NCBI RefSeq assembly: GCF_026571515.1
Contig: NW_026865001.1
Coordinates: 1 to 64,000 of the forward strand
DNA: 64,000 nt
Direction: 5' to 3'
Source: Ruditapes philippinarum
Lineage: Eukaryota
Shown here: in pieces, positions 63,305 through 64,000 of the stretch
Position numbering within the stretch: position 1 is the stretch's first letter
Layout of the letters: each line of letters begins with the position of its first letter
The notes under the pieces: generated by a model
Told to the model about the DNA's origin: nothing
What the model saw: only the letters and a program-made list of their open reading frames with translations
Database searches by the model: none
Made by a program: the position numbers and the translations under genes

Positions 63305-64000
63305 AGTTTACATCTGCATTTTCCGCCGCCATATAATTTATGATCTTGTTATTATATTTTCCATACAAAGGAACGGAATTGTACTTACAATTTCTTTAAT
63401 TTAAAAAAGTCCTTTGCTTACGGTTACTTTTAAGCATGTTTTCTTGTTGGTACACTTTGTATGTCGACGTGTTTGAGATGTGAGATCAAATTATTTAAAA
63501 AATGACGTTCATATATTTTCAATTAATATGACAATATTCATTAATATAAAATTTTCCAGTAACTTTATTAATTGTTCAGTCATGTTGTTTCTTTTTTTCA
63601 TTCTAGATATTAAATCATTAGAAAAATGCTCTCGAACGGGCTTACAATTTTCAATACACAAAGATTAAACATACTCTGGCATTGCAGTTTCTCTAAATAT
63701 GATAGTTGCAGAAGAATTCGTTGTTTAGCCCTTTATCAAACAAAAAAAATAATAATACAATAGCGAATATTCTTATGGGGTTAAATATTTGAAAAAAAAA
63801 GTTGATGCGATAATCTATGTTATCTTATCCCCTACGTGTTTATAATCCTCTTCAGGTGACTGCAAGGATCAAATGGATGACACATACAGGCTATGTCCAA
63901 GGACATAAAGTATTTGAAAAAAAAAGCAGCAACAAACATTTCGCATAAAAGTATTAGACAGATGGGGGGGGGGGGTAGAATGCTGAAATAATATTGTAAG

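Overview
AT-rich animal genomic DNA. The repeat families (tRNA-derived SINEs, Helentron/HINE-type elements with ~156-bp internal arrays, mariner, hAT, Kolobok-like) suggest a bivalve mollusc; this is inference. The window has three layers. (1) The first three coding exons of a minus-strand BNIP3/NIX-family mitophagy receptor (8558-8519, 5661-5472, 2005-1966), only partly seen in the ORF track, with HRE/E-box, FoxO and CCAAT motifs upstream. (2) A tandem array of six ~251-aa short-chain dehydrogenase/reductase genes of the DCXR (L-xylulose/dicarbonyl reductase) type with no intron in the CDS: five intact, one frameshifted, and the last two head-to-head. They show mosaic recombination tracts and diverged substrate-pocket loops, and four share a conserved ARE-like element. 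(3) Dense, often nested DNA transposons whose ends and target-site duplications (TSDs) can be read directly, often against empty sites in paralogous duplication units. These include a dead mariner, an intron-containing hAT with an apparent 5-bp TSD, IS3EU-like elements (6-bp TSD), a CACGGTG-ended element with a 5-bp TSD, and a 4.8-kb TTAA element. The best candidate for an undescribed system is the diversifying, possibly redox-inducible carbonyl-reductase array beside a hypoxia/mitophagy gene; a functional link is unproven. Several homopolymer-inflated stretches look like poorly polished assembly. All coordinates were read by eye.
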